A model generated the notes under the pieces. That model had not been told where the DNA came from. It worked only from the letters and a program-made list of their open reading frames with translations, and ran no database searches. 64,000 bases of DNA from NCBI GenBank assembly GCA_964057225.1, contig OZ059898.1:13330001-13394000 (forward strand), in the 5' to 3' direction. Made by a program: the position numbers and the translations under genes. This stretch comes from Auanema rhodensis (Eukaryota > Animalia > Nematoda). Positions 56,549-64,000 of the stretch are shown here, piece after piece. Each line of letters starts with the position of its first letter. The first letter of the stretch is position 1.

Positions 56549-57108
56549 ATGTCATATTATTATCCAAATCGTGTAGTGTGCAAATTTTTCAATGGAACAC
56601 CAGGTTCATGTAGGTATGGAGATAATTGTAATTTCTCACATGATTCTAATAAAACGGCATTCGATCGTTCGTAGGTTTCACTTTGATATAGAAAAGATAG
56701 CTTGTTATTTCAGACGTTTTAAATATATTTCTCCGAATATTATATCAAAAGTAAAAGAAGAAAGTGCTACTGCAGTAGCAAAAGGTGTTACCGACCGAGA
56801 AGCAGCTAAGTCAGAACAATCAGCTCCACAGTACGTCATAAAAGAACTAATTTTATTGTCTTATTTTTTTTTTCAGAAACTTAGGAATTAAGACAAATGG
56901 GTATATATATGCAAATTAGTTTATTTCTTAATTTTGGGAATTATCTAGAAACTCCTTGAAGCAGCAAATTGCACCTTGCGAAAAGCAGAAGGAGAATGTT
57001 TACAGCCAGCTATCAGAGCTAGACCAGAGCGATAGGCTGAATTTTGAAGCAAAAAGTTTTACCCTAGGAAATATACCATATGTGCCGCCTTCAATAGAAT
57101 TAGCTTAA
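56549..57108 (+). CDS. NUP42: Miniature NUP42/NUPL2(hCG1)-like protein, 140 aa (exons 56549-56670, 56714-56830, 56877-56900, 56949-57108)
   Basis: N-terminal CCCH finger CKFFNGTPGSCRYGDNCNFSH. C-terminus VYSQLSELDQSDRLNFEAKSFTLGNIPYVPPSIELA* matches the Nup42 Gle1-binding tail pattern (F..xxFTLGxIPxxPP.xEL). Three short in-phase GT-AG introns. The ORF track shows only part of exon 2. Confidence 0.8.
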
Positions 57109-57197
57109 GTGGTTTCAATATTTATATTTAATATATATATGCTTATGTGACAGCTTCCAATGTGCAATTTTTATGAAAATTATATAAAATTCGGAAT

Positions 57198-58608
<1,411 letters not shown>

Positions 58609-59583
58609 AATCTGACATCCAAATGATAAAAATTATAAAGAATGTGCGCTTCAAGCTATTAAGTTGACCAAACAAGTGGTTTTACGACAAGGAACTTAAT
58701 ATTTTGAGGAAGGACCAATTATTAAAAAATAAATAAAAAATAGATTTTAAAAATATACGATATGAGGTAAATGTTTTTGGCAGAAACCGAATGTTATAAT
58801 GAGCTAAAGTTTAAGCGATTTTACCAAAAACTTATCAAAGCCTGGTGAAGCATGTGTTCGCGACAGGTGCTAACTGATAAGAATGGCTGCTCTAATGCCA
58901 AAAAATGACAATGGAGCAGTTATTATAAGCTGAAAACAAAGGCAAATTTATAGTATAATATGCTCAAACTATGAGATTGTATTAAAACTACAACAATATA
59001 AGTATTACAAAAAAATATTTAAGATGACTGCCGTTACTTTATCAAGAATAACAATAGTAAATGATATTGATAAGCATCTTTGGAATATTACGGGCCTGAA
59101 CATCTCGAATGAACATAACGAATATAGATATTAGTGGAATGAGTTAATAATGACGACGTAATTTAGGTCAGAATAGCTTAAAATATTTTTGAGGTCAGAA
59201 TTCATATAGTAGTACAACTACACATCCGAGCACGTATACGTAGTAGTGTAAATAGAAAGTATTGATGTAGTAGTGAAGAAAAAAATAATAAAAAAAAGAA
59301 GTCAATAGTTAATTGATTATTTGAAATCAAAGTGAAAAAATAATTTTTTATGTAAGTTTAAAGTCACAATAGACATGTAGACATACTTATATAGTTGTTT
59401 AGTTTGATAGAAATGCACGTAACTGTATTCTTTAAATTTCTCAAAATCACACGTAGACAACGGATGGGACGGACAATATCATAAGGCACTGTAGAGAAGC
59501 GAAAGAAAGTTTATTAACTCAATGAGTCATTGAGGATAAAGCCATTCTATCAACTAGATATTCATTACCGAAACAAAAATATC

Positions 59584-62036
59584 TTATTTACAAGGAAAAG
59601 GAGTAATTTCCATAGTGAAGGGCTTTGGTGCACGTATTGTGCGGAGAATTGGGTCGTGCATTGGAGGTATAACACCGGTATGTTTAAACTTGAATTGTTG
59701 AAGACATGTGACGAAGAATAGAAACACCTTAAGAAATCAATAACAATGAATGGCAGCAAGTACTTGTTTAATAAATGTTTTGCTTCTTTTTTTCTAATTA
59801 AATGTGTTTACATAGCATTACCTCCATCCTAGCTAATGATTCGCCGGGACAAGATCGTTTGCCTACAGAAAAAGGGTTGACTCTATCATCACGAACAAAT
59901 TTCTCATCCTTCAAATAATAAATTGTATGAAGAAGTATGAGAAAAGTCTTCAAAACAATGAATATTATCAAACATTTACTTTAAGATGCCTTTCGGGACT
60001 AAAATATTCGGGGCGTTCGTATTCTGCCTCGTCGATATGGGCTGTTACAACTTGGGGCAAGACTTGTGTTCCCATGGGTAAGCGATAACCTGCAAATTAA
60101 AAAAAACGAACTTTTATCTTTGTTCTCACTTTAGAAAAACAACAAAAACCTTCGCAATTCACTTCCTTCATTGTAATACGTAAGAAATTGAAACTAATCA
60201 CATAACCCAGTCGGTACGTTTCTTGTATAAATGCTGCTACATAAGGCATTTTCTTTAAATCCTCCATGCGAATACTCTATTTATAGGTATTGAATATTGA
60301 TATTAAATTCATTTCTAAAATCTTTTTTACCTGTGAACGTCCTATTGTGTTATCAATTTCTTCGTGAATTTTCTGTTGTGTTTCGGGATAATTAATGAGA
60401 AAATGGAAAGCAAATAACAATGTTGAAACTATTGTTTCATATCCACCGATGTAAAAACCCATAATTGCCATAAGTAGTTGATTTTCAACGAATTCTTCTA
60501 TAATGAAAACCTTATCGTCTTTATGTATATTTTAAAGTGTCTTGATGATAAGAAAAAAAAAGTCTCACGTAACGTGAAAACGTCACTTGAATTTATTTTT
60601 AGTTAGACAACACAAAAAAGCGGCTGCATTCTTACAATAACAAATATATTTTTATTTAATAAGTTTAAATGATATTCTTTAATTTTTATATTTGTTTAAG
60701 ATTTAATTTAGTCAATTATAAAATTAATAACATGCCTTCATCCTTACTATCCCTTTGATTCATTTCTATTAAGAAGGCATCGAGGAAACAACTTGGTGCG
60801 CTATGATAGTCAATTGCATTTTTATGCTCATAAGTTATCTAAAGCATAAAATTCATCTAATCAGATTATCATTTTCAATTTCATTCTTTCAATTTGCCTG
60901 CCACCTCCCATTCAGATATGTATACCTGAGTTGAATTTAATCAAAATTCTCTTTTTTTCAGCCGCAAATATTAAAATTCATAGGAGATTTGAATATGAAA
61001 TCAAATGATATTTCTTACTTTACTAATATAGTCTGCAAGTTTATCTCTTGATATTTTACATTTATTGATTCCAAGATCAAGAACTCCATCTAAATACTTC
61101 AAAGCTGGTATTACATCCAATAGGTTCATGATGGGATTATTGTAATATTTCAGAAACTGAAAAGTAGCATATTTTAAACTAAAAAATAATAATAACAACA
61201 AGAAAAGTACATCAATTGCATTATTTTGAAAATAAAGTAAATTAGGATCATTCTGATCTTTCTGACACCCAAAGCTTAGTTTATCCATTATATTACTTAC
61301 GGCTATCTAAATAAAAACAAATAAAATTCAACTATTCTATAAATAAATTGTTGTTTTTACTGTTAAAATATGCTTCATATCAACTGATTTCATATCTTTC
61401 CTCATCATCTCACAAGTTAGTTGAGCTTGTTCGAGAATAATCGCCTGAATAATATTGTTGCATCCAGAAAAATCTTTATGAACACCTCAGATTTTTGCTT
61501 GCCCATTCCCAGGTCACGTAATAATGATAAAGTAAACTTTCTTTGAGATTTTACCCAATCATTTCTTTCATATAACAGCCCATACGGTCCCTTAAAAATA
61601 TATAAAATCTCTAATATATAATAGATTTACAATTACATTGAGAACATACTCATGAAATTTACTCAAAGGTCGTCCGCTATAAGATTCTCCATCTTGAATT
61701 ATTGTGCGTTTTAAGGCCAAAAATCATTTGATAAGTTGAAAATCTGACGGAAAACAAACTGCGTAATCAGCAACAACTACAGTTGGATGAGGAAGCCAGA
61801 TCGTGAAAACAGATCCGTATTGCTTTTTATATTGTAATAAAGTTTTTTCAATATTTGAGTAATTAATAGATAATGAATTTCCTAAATTATCATTTGAAGT
61901 AAAGTCCTTTTGAAAAAAATTATATACCAATTATTGGCCATGGTGTTGGTCCAGGTGGTAATCCTTTAATTCGATTGATATTGCTCCAGATGAAGAAGAA
62001 TACTAAGATAGCTAATATTAGAGCAATCAGAGCCAT
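59584..62036 (-). CDS. Cytochrome P450, CYP2 clan, resembling nematode CYP14A, multi-exon
   Basis: N-terminal TM anchor, PPGPTPWPIIGN, WVKSQR, I-helix GGYET, ETYR (ExxR), PERH and heme loop FSVGKRSCPG. All exons are open, but intron 2 lacks an AG acceptor. Confidence 0.9.
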
Positions 62037-62852
62037 GAAGGGAGTTGGTAATAAATGAATTTAATAGATATTACCTGATGTGATTGAAATATTTTTCCAT
62101 AAAAATAATAGTACATATCACATATTTTCAATAATTACAAAAAAAATGTTTTTTTTTCTCCATTTATTACACTTACACATATTACATTAATTTTCAAAAT
62201 GTTTTAATACATTTTCAAAATTTCCTTTGAAAAAATGTTATTTGATCATTAAATCTTAACACCAATTTCAAGTTTTTATGATAACTTCACATCTGAATAA
62301 GCTCATCATAACGTTCATCGTGAATCTGAATCTAAAAAAATATATCCAAAATATGCAATAGTCTACGTGATATTAGTTAATTATCAAAAAAGAATTATCA
62401 ATATAATTCTATCAGATATATCTTCATTTATCTATTACTCTCTCATTTTTCTATACTATTTTCAATTGTTATGATCTATTTAATGAGCGTATCATCATCT
62501 TCTCTAATATCTTATATGTTCTGTCATTATTGTGATATTTCAAATTGAGATGAAAAGTACATGAAATAATCTTTCTGACTATTGCTTAGCTGTTTGCTGT
62601 TTGTTGTTGCTGATGCTCAATAGTACTGCTATTGCTGACTGCTTCAACGTGTTGAAATAATGTAAAAAAACAGATTAAAATTATGAAAATGTTGAGAATG
62701 AATAGAGAGAACAATCCACATTATGCCAACGTCGAGTTTTCATAGTATTATCGAATAGAATTTTAACATTTTCCCCATCAGCCTATTCTCGGTCATTTGC
62801 ATGTCCGTCCTGGAACAGTTAGGCTGTTCGACTATCATCATCATCATCAAAA

Positions 62853-64000
62853 ATGTCTAATAAGGATTCAGCACACGTTGTTAGTTTTCCAGTTGAGGTA
62901 TGTATGTCTACATATGCATCACATTCTGAACTCATTTCTCGTTTGAAAATGCTTGTTTAGATTGAAATAGCTGGAGGAAACTTGGAAGGTATCAATGAGA
63001 TTAAAGATGAGAAAGAGGAAGCTATCGTTATGGCTGGTGGAATTGTGAGATCACCCATGAATCAGGTAATATCTGATTGAAATTCACAGTTCAATTAAGA
63101 GAAACAATGTTTTACAGGATGAATTTGATAAGAAATTTTGTTTCAAAAACTCTCCAGAACATGAAAGTGAAAGATTTAGAAAATTCTTTAGAAAGTTAGA
63201 AAAACTCATGTTGAAACTGAACATATATTTAAAATTTACAGATATTATGAGCCATGTACATCTTGGACATCTTTTAAATATTCTCTATTTTCTTTTATTC
63301 CTATTCTTGATTGGCTTCCTGCCTATAATTGGTCTGAAAACATATTATCCGACATAGTAGGAGGAATAACTGTTGGAGTTATGCATGTTCCTCAAGGTTT
63401 CCTTTTTCATGTCGTTACCTCAGGCTATTTTTTTTGATAATTAAGGAATCGCATATAGTTTATTAGCTAAACAAGAAGCAGTTTCTGGCTTATATACTTC
63501 TTTCTTTGCTCCTCTTATTTATATGATTTTTGGAACGTCTAAACATGTATCTCTAGGTTTGCTTAGTTATAAGAAGTTTGCTCTCATAAGTGCACAATCT
63601 AGGATCTTTCGCCGTAGCCTCGCTTATGACTGGTCTTTCTGTTGAGCGGATGATAGGGCCAATTGCGGTAAAGTTTTTGAATAATCATACACAAATTTTT
63701 CTTTTCGCCAACATACTTTTGAAAGTTATACAAAGGTTTCTACTGCAGAATGCGCAAAATCAACAGTCCGAACTTATACAGGATGAAACACCGACTCCGC
63801 AACAAGTAGCCACTGCATTGACATGTCTCATCGGTCTTATACAGGTTTTGCAACTTTTCAAACTATTTTAATTTCTGATCACGCACATCTGTATATCAGA
63901 CAATATCATATAATATTATCAGCTCATTTACATTGAATCAGTTACCCGTTCAGTTGGTCGAAAATCTGAATAACATGGTTCATTTTCTCACTCCCTCTAT
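62853..64000 (+). CDS. SLC26/SulP sulfate-anion transporter, 5' part, truncated by the window end
   Basis: [41 protein letters not shown] and [32 protein letters not shown]. In-phase short introns; last visible exon ends about 63844. Confidence 0.92.

Noticed and set aside
60730-60750. Second GC-donor intron, in the P450
   Set aside because: A canonical in-phase GTAAGG donor 9 nt upstream explains the junction.
62801-62860. uORF overlapping the SLC26 start
   Set aside because: An AG acceptor near 62822 could remove its ATG, and a single out-of-frame ATG is unremarkable.

Overview
This is eukaryotic DNA, most likely from a rhabditid nematode (inference): AT-rich, many 40-60 nt GT-AG introns, TTTCAG-type acceptors, and nematode-type neuropeptide, cysteine synthase and P450 genes. 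Most ORF-track entries are exon fragments or microsatellite noise, so I assembled genes by hand from splice sites. The window has three parts. (1) 1-27.7 kb is gene-sparse and (GA/CT)n-rich, with an nlp-19-like neuropeptide precursor, an orphan four-TM protein, a GC-rich structured element, an NAD-dependent epimerase/reductase and trifunctional GART. (2) About 27.8-40.2 kb is a 12.4 kb array of about 62 exact 200-bp units, including a 2.6 kb higher-order duplication. (3) 40.6-64 kb is compact: TBC1D13, ATF6, a Zizimin-type DOCK GEF, a miniature FG-less NUP42-like gene, a cysteine synthase-like gene, a CYP14A-like P450 and a truncated SLC26 transporter. The best leads are the 140-aa NUP42-like protein, the structured RNA candidate at 18.7 kb, an ATF4-like uORF layout on atf-6, the satellite at a sharp change in genome architecture, and a non-AG splice acceptor in the P450. 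No database search was run; family calls rest on remembered motifs.
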